Source: Ascidiella aspersa
Lineage: Eukaryota
Assembly (NCBI GenBank): GCA_963924565.1
Contig: OZ004607.1
Span: forward strand, 12,276,001 to 12,340,000
DNA: 64,000 bases
Direction: 5' to 3'
Part shown: piece after piece, positions 49,801 through 61,686 of the stretch
How the letters are laid out: each line of letters opens with the position of its first letter
Numbering within the stretch: position 1 is the first letter of the stretch
Position numbers and translations under genes: made by a program
Notes under the pieces: generated by a model
Database searches by the model: none
The model's input: only the letters and a program-made list of their open reading frames with translations
Told to the model about the DNA's origin: nothing

Positions 49801-52800
49801 CCATTAAACAAATGGCATTTTCTTTTAGGCAAAGTTTTGACCACATCGATAAAGCAAACAATAAAACATCGTGCAGTGCATTTTATTTGAAGCACAAGAT
49901 GCAGTAAAACTGTAAAGTTCTGTCATATTTTAATTTGTTTTGAATGCTTTCGCAAAGAACTGACCTTGGCGCTGACCTTGGACAACCGCCACGCCGCAGA
50001 CGGTTGAACTCTGACGTGCCGGTTCTCAGGTCAACCCCGCTTAGGGATTGTTGACTTAAGAAGGTTTAGCTTAGCGCTTCTAACCCGGATTATGATATGT
50101 AAATCATACTATATCTACAAACTGTCCGCTTAGGCCTCGATGGTTATCGGATACAGAGCCTACTCGATCTTCTATTTTGTATGAAGAGCTCGCTCTTGGT
50201 GATATGTTGTACTTGTACTACACGATCCGTCTCAAAAGCCTAAGATATGATTTGCTGGATGTCTAGAGTAGCTGAGTAAACTAACAAGACTGTGTTTAAC
50301 GTAGTATGAATGGTGCATGGTTGACTGTTTGTGCAAATGTGAAACTTGCTAAACCTTATGTAATATCCAAACTCGAATTAAAAATATTTTCTTTATTAAA
50401 AAAAAATATTTTTTTTGTCATATTTTCCTCGTTGGGTTCATGAAAAACGCAGGTTTAAATAGCTTGTTGGAATAAAAAAAATCGTAAGGGTGAATTATTT
50501 GTAATGGGCTGACGGCTTCCATTTAATGTTTTGCCAATTTTACATGAGATCGATTTTTCCGTTTTTCGAATATTATCCTGCAGCAGAAAGTAAACTGTAT
50601 ATATACATAGTCAAGGTGACAAAAAAGGTTAGTCAATCCATATTATTTTCTTCAAACGAAACTGAGTTATGAAGTGTGACGAGAAAAAGTCGCTGTTAAT
50701 TTTTATCAAGCGTTCTAATTTTTCGCCTTGGTGTTTCTTTTCCAAAATCACTTCATTAACCGCTTATGATTGTCCCAACTGACATTGATTGTAGTGACCT
50801 TGCTTTCACGTCATATTATTTCCTATAATTATTGGTACATCTGTGAACGATTGGACAACCATAATACTTAGCGCAAGTTTAGCGAAAGGTCAGCCTGCTC
50901 TCCACAACATATTTAGCACATTTTTTATTTTTATATATTTTATTTTATTAAACCTCAAAACAACTTGAGTTGGACAAACGACTTTGAGGGTTTCTTACGG
51001 ATGTGGTTCGCATCCTGCGTTTCAGCAACTCTCGATCGTGATTGATTGTGAGATATATTGTCAGCCTAAGGTGGAAGGTTATTTTGCTTGACACCTTAGC
51101 TTGCGTTAGTCGATATAGTTGCGTTTTTATTGGCATGAGCTGAAAAACTGTATCGCGCCGGTTTCCTGTGTGTTTTATTGAGTTGAACTATCGCTGGAAG
51201 CCCGTTTTTAAATCGATTTTAGACTAATATTATTTCAATTAAAACCAGAAATACTTATAACTTTACATTGGCCTGTCAAACTTTGTTTACATTTATGGTG
51301 TTAAATAAGTTTTAAAGTGTATAGGTGTAAGGCCATGCCATGACAAAATGTTTTCTAAGTTTTCTGCAAACAGACACTTGAAATTGTCAGACTGAAAAAT
51401 TTGAAACGAATAATGACGAACTAATGTAAAAATGCGTTATAGATTAGGGGCAATGTGTACATAACGTGAGTTGCCAACGTTGTCACCAGAGCAAACTTGA
51501 CGACTCACTCTGGGTAAAGGGGACACGTTTCCGTCGTCTGGCAAAAATGTATAATGCATTATTAATTGGATTTCGTCTGCGGTCGCACCGACAAAGGGTG
51601 CATTGCCTTTAAAGGAAGCAGTCCATATGCTACAGAACATCGTTTTAAGCAAACGGGAAACGGGCTTCCGACAGGCCTGTTATCTATGGGTATACATTAT
51701 ACAACTGTCGGTGCGACTTGACGTTTTGTACATATAGTACACGTCTTCAACTAATCTTGTGTTTCAAGAAAACCTAAAAGTGCACACGCACTACTATTTT
51801 TCCACTTTGCCAGTTCCAATATGTTGGCTTAATTTCCTTTCTTTGGAAAGTATTCCGGTTGTCGTGAATGTGCAAATGCAAAGTTGTTGTGGCAGTTGTG
51901 TCGTTAATATTGAATGAACGAAGTTTTTTTATCTTTATGTATATTTATCGTTTAAAAAATAGGAATCATTCGATGGAAGTTTGTTTTTCGATTCAAGTTT
52001 TTTTTTTTAATGGTTAGATAAAGCTTAAGATACGCGAAATACAGGTAATCAAGCGATAATCGTGGCTCAGTCGAGCATATTATCTGGAGAACTTATGCAA
52101 TATATAAAATTTTGAGGACCCGGCTAATCGACGTAAGCAAATAAAAAACACCCACTCATTTTACAAAATCTTACAGAGAACAATAAGAGGCCCAACCCCT
52201 TCAAAGAAGACAAAATAGCCAAATATAAACGCGACTTATTTTAAATAAGGTAACCTGAAACTGCAACACTTATCCCGTACTTGCGTACAGTATTTCCAAC
52301 ATTCCATTTAAATACCCCACATTGTTAAATATACCGCACGGTTCGATTTTATATATCACGATCACGATTTTATATGCACGATCACGTTTTCATTAATAAC
52401 CTCCAAGCGGAACATAAAAGGCTTGTCGTGTTTGGACGTGGCTGCCATAAAACCTTAGCAGACCTATCCTATTTTACTGCTCTTCTCAAAGCGCTTTGAA
52501 CGATATCCGAATTAATTCTATTCGGTCGGGTCGTTTGGAGGAAATATATCCGACAGTCGAACGCCAAAGCGGCTTTGTGTGCTGATCGTGATAAACTGGA
52601 AAGTAATCGGGCGCATTTTTGCTGCTCTCGCTGCAACTACCTGCAAAGTGCGCCCTGCTATGCGCAGTGTTCGTTCATACATTCATTGTGATGGATCGTT
52701 TCTATGGGCAAGGCCACCAAAAATTGGACGGCACGTCTTGCTGGTGCATACCCTAAAAGTACCGTTTTTAGGGGAAGACAACTGGGTAATCTTTCGAATT

Positions 52801-55800
52801 TAAGCAAACTTTATCGACCTGTGAGACCACCCAACTAGATTTTCACTAAATCAACTTAAAAAAGTAACCTTTAGGAGAGCTGTAAATTTAGCTTTCGATG
52901 TTTCTGTTTCCTGTGCAGGCACGTTACGACGAACCTGTTACAGATTTCTACAGCGATGTTTAACACCGATAGTACCACAAGGTTGATCTCAATGGGTCTG
53001 TGGGCGTCGCAAGCGTTTGGCTAAATGTACAGCTTGTTATCTGTTGTAGAATCTTAACGAAATTGCTCCATCTCACAGATCTACAGACTTTACCCGGTTA
53101 ATCCTAAATTGGTATACCAAACTCTTAACGATACATTTTCTCGCCATCGGTAAATTTCTTGAGAAACGTTTTGATTATACCAGGTTTGTATTATGAATAG
53201 GAAGATCTATTACCGGTTTACAGAGTGGTGTTGAAAAACGACTGGTTTGCGGTAAGCTACGAATCCCAAAAGACCGTCTGATTTCGCTTGGTCTGCCCGA
53301 AGGTTTTCAAAACACTATTTAGTCTAGGACAGTGATTCCCAACCTTTTTGCTGTCGCGACTCCCTTTCCAGTTTTTAAAAACCTACGCGACCCCCCAATT
53401 TTGGTGTGTAGCAGACCAGAGTTGGATCAATTGTAATTTGTAATTGGAATTGATGTAATTAGTTGCAGTTTTTAAAGTAATTGTACCACTGGTTGGAAAA
53501 CACTGGTCTAGGAAAATTGCGTTAACCAAATTGTTTGCAAAATCACATAAATATCGATAAAATGTCTTACTGTTACTATTTACTTGCAGTTTTGCGATGC
53601 ATCACGATGGTCAACTTAACAGCTGCTCCCCCAACGAAAAGTACCCCCGAGTGATGGCGCCCCACCTGACCTCGAATAACCTTCCCATGAGGTGGAGCAC
53701 GTGCAGCAGGCGATACGTCACCAGATTTTTGGAGTAAGACAGCTGTCATTTTAATGTATAGAATTGTATATTAAAAAGTAAATTTTGACAGAATCGACGT
53801 TAAAATGCGCCTGGAATCTTTAGGTAAAATGTTAGCTAGTCTTAACATAACTCGTGGTTGTTCCCCCTTTCACACACAAAAAAATATTAAAATCATTATA
53901 TTAACAAATGACTGATTTTGATATTTCAGTTTAGTCCAAAGCACTTGCTGACCACTGAATAGAAATCAACGTAACCCTTTAGATCAGGGGTGTCCAACAA
54001 GCGGCACACGTGCCAAATGTGGCACGCGACCTAATAAAAAATGGCCCGCGAGCCCTCCCCCCAAAATACTAAAATTGTTATTTAGCCAATTGCCAAAAAA
54101 GCTCAATTTGTTATTCAGCCAATTGTCAGAAAATACTAAGTTGTTTGCCATTGTTTGTTCACAATATAAAACAATCGCGGCAATCACGACAACCAACAAT
54201 TACTTTTCATATAGTAACATTGTACTGTGTGGAGCCTAGCATTTACATAATATTATATAGCTTGGTGTGAAGAAACGAAAGCTCACCGTGAGACACTGTG
54301 ATGTAGTGATGCGCATTTCTACTAGACAGGTTTTTATCAAGTTTAAATAAACGTTCTTATTTTTGGTAAAAAGCTTTTATGATTAAAAAGAATTGGTTCG
54401 GTTACGAAACTTTGGCACGGGAAGAAGTTATCAGATAAAAATTGGCACGCCGGCATGTTTGAGTTGGACACCCCTGCTTTAGATTCTGGTGTGGTTGCCG
54501 TTATATCCGAACAACTTAAAACATTACTCAAGATTTTGGGAGGCTGCTGCTGCTGCTGTCCGAGAATTAGATTTTATTTTGATTGCTAAGTGCGATTAAG
54601 GAACACACGATCGCTCGCTAGAAGACTCGACTGGCCCTTCTTTGAAATCAAGATCGCGTCTAATTTGCGGGCGGCTCTTTTTACACTAATCCACCCTTCG
54701 GACTCGGATAGGTTGCGTTTGTAATCGTCCACATCAATCGTGGTGGTTTTAAGTTACCAACTCTCGAATGGCGCGCCGCACAACTGAAGTGGCTCGAATC
54801 GGCTTTGGCGCCCGCGGAATCTTCGCAGATTCTTCAATATCGAACCCGCTAAGACACCAGACACACGTAGGCACTTGAACTTGACGAAGAGGTACACACG
54901 ATCTTGCGACTGCACTGGTGACGTCTGGTGTCAGTATAAATACGCCTAGATATGTTTCCCGTCTTGTCTATTTATGTTGATGGTGATTTAGTTTTTCTGA
55001 TATTTTTGAAAAAACTACAGTTTTGGTTTTTCTGAATATTTGTGAAACAACTATAGTTCAAACTCAAAACAAAGCGGGCCTATAGCTGATTGGGGACAGG
55101 CTCATTAGTGTTTGTATACATTCAATAAACAACGAGAAGAAGGCTCAAAATTTTAAAAAGCAATTTGGAGTCTTATTCTCTGTTACATATAACAGGGAGT
55201 TCTGCTTGGTGTACCAATTACAACGGTGCTGTTACAATAAATAGCGATGGATGTGTATAGTTAATCAAAACAGTTACTTTTGTTTGAAACTGTTAACCTA
55301 TGTGTTTATGTCGGTTCATTTTGATCAGCCAAATATTTAAGTGTGGTCTATAACAGTTTTGGCAAACAAAATGCAATTATTGAACCAGTTCGATTTATAA
55401 AAAGCGTTTGCAATCATATTTCTTAGTTTTTCTAACGTTGAACTTTCGGGCATATATGTATTACATGGAGGTTTTAGCTATTTTTACTGGTTACATATAA
55501 GAGTTTGCGCATTATACTTTTTGTTCGACTAAAAATTAGGTTTATGTTTAACTATCACTGTACCGGAACACACAGCTTTAACCAGAGACTTTAGTCGAAT
55601 AAACCGCAAATATGCCCGTCAAACTCTAAGGCAAATACGGTGCTTGCTCATAACGTGAAACCATCAAAGGCAATCGACCCCGTAACCCCAAAACGTCGTA
55701 ATTTGGTGGTACCACAATATACATGAGGAGAGAGAGAGCTAGAACAAATGATCCGTGGCGGTACGGTACTTCTTGTCGCGGTTTAAAGTCAAGTTGCGAG

Positions 55801-58800
55801 AGCTTATAGAACGGCCGCAAAAATGCCAGCAGCAGAAAAGTGGTGGTTTCGTGGAAAAGTGGCGCGTTGGCTCTGTGTTTAATATGGAAATATCTAAGTT
55901 TTCAGCAATTTTAGGCTAGCCTACATCTTTTGACTCATAAACATGTGGATAGTTGTAATTGAATCTTTCTTTTAGGACGTATCTTGTCGTAAGCGACTCA
56001 TTTGTTGTGGGTGATTTAATTGGTCCAGCTGATTTAACTCTTATACAGCCCCACAAATATACTGCTAGCATTGCCAAAAATAGTACTGGGAGAAAGCGTA
56101 TGGGTTGACTGAAACAAGCTTATATATACGAATTACAATTCAATAATTATTTGATACATTTTTTGACCAACAGTTTAGGTTTAACGCAACTTATATTGAA
56201 CCCAAACTCCTAACCGAAACCAGAACAAAACCGAATTCTGAAAAAAAAAACTTAACCCAGAATCGAACCCGAACCGCAAACGACAAACGGTTCAACTAAC
56301 TGGTTTAAATTTTCCAAAAAATATTAATTTGTGTATGTTAAATTTATTATTCAAGTCACTTTTGAAAGCAAGCAAAAAAGGCAAAAATCTGGGGTTAAAA
56401 ACATTAGAATTTATATTGTCCAAACTATATATATATGACGAAATACATAAATTGCGTAAGATCGGACAGCCAACATTTTTGCTCAATGTATCAAAAATCC
56501 TCATCGTATGTATTAGGCCGAAACGGGCTGGAAAGGCACTATTTTTTTGTTCAGGCCATTTTTTTTCACCAGGTCATTCCGCTTTTTACTTGTTTTAGAC
56601 GTCTTGTTGTGATGTAACTTTGTGACGTCACATCAGATAACTTTCATTTGATCCGGTAAGAAAATTGTTCTGTTTTCAGCCCTAAGTCAAACACGTTGTT
56701 TTGAACTTACCTATTCCAAATGCATCACTTGTTTATTTTACCCTTTTACTCTTTTCAGTCGGAACTGGGGCAGGTGCCTGGTGGACCAGCCCTCCCCCGA
56801 ACAGGACACTTTCGTTTACCCCCCTGAACTTCCGGGGGTGCTTTACAACGCCAACCACCAATGTCGTCTCATGTTTGGTCCCGGATCGCGTCACTGCAGA
56901 GGAATAGACGTGCGTGGCTTAAATTATGGATATGTGATTTGTTTATATATGCTATCATGCGATACCGAAAGGATGCGCATTGAACTTTTCATTGAGATTT
57001 TATAATTAAAAAAAATGGCACATTTATCTAACTGACTGCGTGTATTATACGGTAATTTTTACTAACTTTTAAATAAGACTAAAAACTTTGTATTATTATT
57101 ATTCCTGAAGGACGAAATAGTTTTAATTTAATGGTGGCTTTGTTCACATTTGCTTTCCACTTTTGTTTTTAAATACATTTAGTAATTCACTTATGTTTGG
57201 AACGCTTCATTATTTTGCATAACGTCATTGATATACGTAAGGCTGTACAAAGCACGTCACGATACACTGCTAAGGCATTTGATTGCGAATTGATTTTCGT
57301 TCAACTATTCCAGAACATTTGCAACCGGCTGTGGTGTGTGAGCCAAGGAACTTGTAGGTCTCGTCTTCATGCTGCAGCTGCAGGAACCAAGTGCGGCAAA
57401 GGACGGGTAATTGAATCTTGATTTTCCGTTTATTAAATATTGTGCTGTATACATTTTGACCCTTGGGAGCCCATTGGTTCTTCTTTACTCCTTTTGTTGA
57501 AGAAACTTGAAATTGTGAATATTGCATTTCGTTTGTAAATATAATTAATAAACCCTCTGGTGCTATAGTATGTTTTATATTATGTATGCAACTTGCTTTA
57601 AAAATTTATCTACGGAGTACTGTTTTGATAATTGACAAGTTGGATTTTTGAACAAACGTGAATGTGATATTTCTAATTTGTTGAACCTGGCCGAATTTTA
57701 ATGTACTAAAGTCTCCTTCTGTGTATGTAAAGCACAATGCAAAGCCTTCAAAGGATTTGGGCTATATGTTTACCTGATGGCGTCTTTTATATATTTTATC
57801 TAATCCACCGTAACTAAAATTATTATCTGAAACATTGATACACACAATGTTTATAATCTGTGATCAAGCCCGTCTGGCGTCGTACTGACTAACAATAACG
57901 GCACACGAGTTAAACTTCACGGAAGACTAGTTGTGTTTTTGTCCGTAAAACGTGTCAAAAAGTCTGGAAAGTCTGGAAAGTCTGGAAAGTCTGGCCAAGC
58001 TTGCACGAAAATCCTGATTAGACTGACTAGTTTCGGTAAGCCTTTCCGGTGGCCTCTTCCGTACTAAAACCATCACCAATTGCTATCGTTAAGTTAGGCT
58101 ATAATAATAGGTCTGTTGTAGAGTTAATTTTGAAGAGCCCTTCAAAGAGACAAAACAGCAAACTAATTTACGTCTGTTTATCTTCCGTTTGTATTTTATT
58201 TACCTTAGTAAAAGTTTCCAATAGATTTGGGATTAATTATTGGGGCAAAAAACAACATGTAAAGCACAAATATGACATGTATTGCGCGATTTTCATTACT
58301 GTCGCGCAAACATTTTTCAAATTACTAAACACATAATTTTCTTTTTCTCTCATTTAGTGGTGTTTTGGCGGGGCCTGCGTGCTGGTGGGAAAGCGACCTC
58401 TAGCGGTAAACGGGGCATGGAGTTCTTGGTCAGTGTGGAGCAAGTGCTCCAGGACCTGCGGCGTCGGTATAACGTCATCAGTACGTCACTGCGACAAGCC
58501 TACACCCCGAAACGGCGGCCGGTATTGCCTGGGGGAGAGAAAGCGCTACAGGACGTGCAATGTTTGGGTAAGCGTATAAACAGCCGTGAATGTGATTTAA
58601 AGGAATTTTCATGAGAAAGTTTTGTGTTTTTAATATTAGACTCAAAACTACCGTTTGAAGTCACACAAATTTATAACGGCGCAGCTAGAATGTGGCAAAG
58701 CTTATGATCTTTTCATGATTCAATTTCCAATTTAAAAATCTAAAGAAAGCATTATATTAGTTTTCTTTATTTAATCTACGTAAATTTCTCATTATTTAAA

Positions 58801-60890
58801 ATACGTAAGAGTCAAGGTTTCCGCACATTGTGAAATTTATTGACATTCTGGTAGAATCTTTTTGGCCGAAAAACGAAAAGCTATTTTTTTTTGTTTTATG
58901 CGTTACTTTATAACTAAATTTTGTGATGTCATTTCAAAGAAATGCATTCGTCCCTACTTTTTTTTAAAGACTCCTTTTTATTTCGGATTGCGCCACTGAA
59001 TGTATCTGTGTTAAATCCGCATTTGAGAGTATAATTAATTTATCGCATCTTAATGTTTAAACCAATTTTATCGCATGGAAACTTAACAACGAGGTCAGCT
59101 GTTCTTTAAAAAACTACAAACCAGAACGTAGGCTTTGTCTTCTTTCAGGGCTGAATTTTGTGACGTCATTTCAAAGAAATGCATTCGTCCTGATATTTTG
59201 CAAGACTCTTTTTATTTCTGATTGAGCCACTGAAAGTATTTATGTTAAATCCATTTGAATAACAATATAATTAAATTATCACGTCTCAATGTTTAAAGTT
59301 AAACCAATTTTATAGCGTGAAAAAAACACTTAACAATGAGGTCAACTGTTCTGTAACAAATTAAAACCAACAAGTAGACTGTGTCTTATTTCAGGGCTGT
59401 CCAGACAAGAGTAGCAACTTGCGTTTCCGTCACGAGCAGTGCGCAGAGTTCAACAACGTCCCGTACAGGAACAACACCTACTCGTGGTTGCCGGTAGATA
59501 GCGCTAGTGAGTAAAATGTTTAGAACGTGTTTGTGGCGAACACATTAAACTTTTATCTTGAAAGGCCGGATAACTGTTAGGACTTTTGATCGCGGTTAAA
59601 AAAAAACAGTTTTATGTCGAACTTTCCTAACTTAATTTTCGATAACGAAGGAAATGTATTACTATGCAAACAAAAACTGTAGTGAGCTGAATCGTCGTTT
59701 AGTTTAAAATCCCTTAATTTGGAATGACATTGGACAACATTACAACTGTAGTTATCTTTATTAAGAGAATATTTTTCAGGCCTAGATAATTATCTCTGCT
59801 GGCCGTATTTGGCCGCTGGTCGTAATTTGGTGACTACTTTATTAGTGCAACGTAGCATTGACAACCATATTTCTGTTCAGTCTACCCTTGCGAACTTCAC
59901 TGTTACACGAAAGCTGGTAAACGGACGTTCGCCGACCGGTTACGCGATAAGGTCGTGGATGGAACCAAGTGCTACAGCAACGCGGACGACATCTGCGTCG
60001 ATGGTGTTTGTAAGGTATGATCTTTTTAGAAAATAGGTAGAATGGTATAGGTAATATTTGCAATATCAGACTTGATTTCCGTTAATTTATGTTACTTATT
60101 TCTAATGGAAAATTTTGTGCTTTCGCCAAATTATTTGGCTTTATTTCTCCTTATTAACAATGTTATGTGCAATAACTTTTTCATGATGCTGGCGAAGCTG
60201 ATTTATTGTGTTAAACGCATTGTTTCTTGTTGTCGCACCATAAGTTGTTGTATCATGTACAACAATAAAATATTTCACAGTAAAAAATAACGTTTTTTTC
60301 TGTTTTTGTAGCGTTTAGGTTGTGACCAACGCATCGACTCCTTTGCGCGCGAAGATAGGTGTGGGGTGTGCAGGGGAGATGCCACGTCATGCAGTGACGT
60401 CACCAAGACATTTAACCGCACACGCGGCGAAGGTATGGCGATAAAAAATATATTTATTCAAAATACATAATTATACAGATGTTTTCATTAAACTGCTTTA
60501 GAGACAAATTAATTGTTTAAGTGAAAGTTCTTTAGAGGCTTATTTTTAAGTGTTCGTCGTTCTCTTATTTTACCTTTATTTGTTGTTTACGTCTATCTGG
60601 GTTTTAGTTTATTCCGAAAGTCCGACTTTTTAACAATGTTTTTTACTTTTAAAATAAAATTTGTTAATAAAGGTATAAAAATAGCTGAGGCGGAGGTCGA
60701 ATATTTTAGTTTTACTATGTACACTTCTAATTCGTGTTTGTGCGCTACAGCATATGTGAGTGTCGGAATCCTGCCAATGGGAGCCCGCAACATTAAAGTA
60801 CACGAAGTTAACGCTTCGGAGAACTTTCTCGCCCTCAAGAATCCAAACAAAGATGGAGAGTATTACCTGAACGGAGATTACAAGATAAGG
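28677..60890 (+). CDS. ADAMTS7/12: ADAMTS7/12-like secreted metalloprotease, 5' part (continues beyond the window)
   Basis: Phase-consistent exons: 28677-28860, 30141-30399, 30689-30884, 39079-39226, 42305-42400, 42846-43084, 44286-44369, 48880-49004, 49495-49644, 53590-53733, 56759-56909, 57314-57406, 58358-58567, 59395-59506, 59881-60014, 60312-60432, 60751-60890. Signal peptide, prodomain, furin site [23 protein letters not shown] (ADAMTS7/12-type), HELGHNFAMHHD, Met-turn [22 protein letters not shown], Cys-rich and spacer regions. Confidence 0.95.
30141..30399 (+). CDS. ADAMTS7/12: ADAMTS prodomain exon ([14 protein letters not shown]...RRKRD...VYFKL)
   Basis: gacag|...ag|gtaat; Pep_M12B propeptide motifs. 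Confidence 0.92.
30689..30884 (+). CDS. ADAMTS7/12: ADAMTS prodomain exon ([10 protein letters not shown]...CHYRGHV...VAISTCDGL)
   Basis: tttcag|...|gtgag. Confidence 0.95.
39079..39226 (+). CDS. ADAMTS7/12: ADAMTS prodomain exon ([16 protein letters not shown]...HKVYRR)
   Basis: ccacag|...g|gtttg. Confidence 0.92.
39504..39828. mobile_element. Degenerate hAT-Charlie-type MITE
   Basis: TAATGGTGCTCAAA ... TTTAACACCACTG flanked by agttagat / gtctagat. Confidence 0.5.
42305..42400 (+). CDS. ADAMTS7/12: ADAMTS prodomain exon ending FCGVR
   Basis: ttacag|...g|gtaag; cysteine-switch-like CGV. Confidence 0.85.
42846..43084 (+). CDS. ADAMTS7/12: ADAMTS exon with furin site RVRR and start of the catalytic domain ([16 protein letters not shown]...LTIVNM)
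   Basis: ttctag|...|gtgag. Confidence 0.94.
44286..44369 (+). CDS. ADAMTS7/12: ADAMTS catalytic exon [28 protein letters not shown]
   Basis: tgacag|...|gtaac. Confidence 0.95.
44820..45021. repeat. Interspersed repeat with TCGGAATA units and a TAACCC-like tail (possible non-autonomous Helitron/Helentron-type)
   Basis: Repeated tcggaata/gtcgg units, then aaccct/ctaaccc tract; shares CAAAATAGGACTAATA with ~23795-23810. Confidence 0.4.
48430..48731. mobile_element. Degenerate hAT-Charlie-type MITE
   Basis: CAGGGGTCATTAAACT..GGCCAGATGTGGC left end after gcctagac; AAGCTTGGCGCTCCCTG right end. Confidence 0.55.
48880..49004 (+). CDS. ADAMTS7/12: ADAMTS catalytic exon [19 protein letters not shown]...[10 protein letters not shown]
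   Basis: ttacag|...ag|gtatt. Confidence 0.96.
49495..49644 (+). CDS. ADAMTS7/12: ADAMTS catalytic exon ...[40 protein letters not shown]
   Basis: ttgcag|...aa|gtaag; HExxH. Confidence 0.97.
53330..53505. mobile_element. hAT-Charlie-type MITE with an internal GTAATT-repeat fragment
   Basis: TIRs CAGTGATTCCCAACC / GGTTGGAAAACACTG; perfect TSD GTCTAGGA. Confidence 0.88.
53590..53733 (+). CDS. ADAMTS7/12: ADAMTS catalytic exon [12 protein letters not shown]...VMAP...[14 protein letters not shown]
   Basis: ttgcag|...ga|gtaag; third His and Met-turn. Confidence 0.96.
53985..54476. mobile_element. hAT-Charlie-type MITE
   Basis: TIRs CAGGGGTGTCCAAC / GTTGGACACCCCTG; perfect TSD CTTTAGAT; GGCACG subterminal repeats. 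Confidence 0.92.
56759..56909 (+). CDS. ADAMTS7/12: ADAMTS exon CLVDQP...[17 protein letters not shown] (disintegrin-like)
   Basis: tttcag|...|gtgcgt. Confidence 0.95.
57314..57406 (+). CDS. ADAMTS7/12: ADAMTS exon NICNRLWC...[11 protein letters not shown]
   Basis: ttccag|...|gtaat. Confidence 0.94.
57959..57994. repeat. 9-bp minisatellite (AAAGTCTGG)x4
   Basis: Read directly from the sequence. Confidence 0.9.
58358..58567 (+). CDS. ADAMTS7/12: ADAMTS central thrombospondin type-1 repeat exon
   Basis: atttag|WCFGGAC...[17 protein letters not shown]...[16 protein letters not shown]|gtaag. Confidence 0.97.
58917..59399 (+). repeat. Diverged tandem duplication (~240 bp x2) ending in the 3' splice site
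   Basis: AATTTTGTGA(T/C)GTCATTTCAAAGAAATGCATTCGTCC starts both copies; both end TGTCTT(C/A)TTTCAGGGCTG. Confidence 0.9.
59395..59506 (+). CDS. ADAMTS7/12: ADAMTS Cys-rich exon [20 protein letters not shown]...
   Basis: tttcag|...a|gtgag. Confidence 0.93.
59881..60014 (+). CDS. ADAMTS7/12: ADAMTS Cys-rich exon PCELHC...KVVDGTKC...ICVDGVCK
   Basis: gttcag|...|gtatg. Confidence 0.95.
60312..60432 (+). CDS. ADAMTS7/12: ADAMTS exon [27 protein letters not shown]...
   Basis: ttgtag|...g|gtatg. Confidence 0.95.
60751..60890 (+). CDS. ADAMTS7/12: ADAMTS spacer exon [19 protein letters not shown]...NFLALK...YYLNGDYKI
   Basis: ctacag|...|gtaagt; spacer incomplete, so the gene must continue past 64000. 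Confidence 0.95.
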
Positions 60891-61344
60891 GTAAGTTACA
60901 GGCTAAATTTCGCATCGTTCCATTACAGGACTTGCAACAGGACTCTACGTGAACACCTTGACAATTTCGAGTTTCCTTGTTGTCTTAAAAAGTTCAATAT
61001 ACGAATAAATATATTTTAGAATCGCATATAATGCTGTCATAAAGTAAAAGGGTAACATTTATACATTTGAATCATGTAGCTGAGGTCCCAAGTTTAAATT
61101 TCAATATCTCATAGTCTCTTGAAGGATTCCGATGCTGGGTGGTACGAGTCACGTTATCGTTGGTCAAAAGGACGGCTTCTCAAGTGATATATTGCCGTTG
61201 TTGTTCATGTAGGACATGTGTGTGTGTGTGTGTTTTATCGACTTGATGCAGTACTGCAGACCTTATTCAGTATAGAGTTGTTTGTACTAACAGGATGCGG
61301 CAGGCAATGTTGTCAAAGTTGGTTGTCCACTTGCTCCCCACCAA

Positions 61345-61421
61345 GCGCCCGTAGCTCAGTTATAAAAGCGACTGTCCCGGTATAGAACCGGAGGTTGTGA
61401 GCTCAAACCTAACCGCAGGCT
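61345..61421 (+). mobile_element. tRNA-derived SINE head / tRNA pseudogene
   Basis: A-box-like GTAGCTCAGTTA and B-box-like GAGCTCAAACC at tRNA spacing; acceptor and anticodon arms do not pair properly. Confidence 0.6.
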
Positions 61422-61686
61422 AGATTTTTCTCGCCTGGCCTACTTTAACATACCCATCAGCGTGCTTAATGGTATATAATATTTTTTGACTATATAAAGA
61501 TGTGTTCAATATTTTTCGTATAGTCTTTTTATAAATACTAAAAAACAACATGAGGAATGCATCATCTAGTTCACATGTTTTTTATTTCTAAACTTAAACC
61601 GTCATTATATTTATTAGTTTAGTTTGCCTATTTACTATAATGAAAAGAAGGCCATGATTAAAGTGATCTTCTTTTTTTATTATTGC

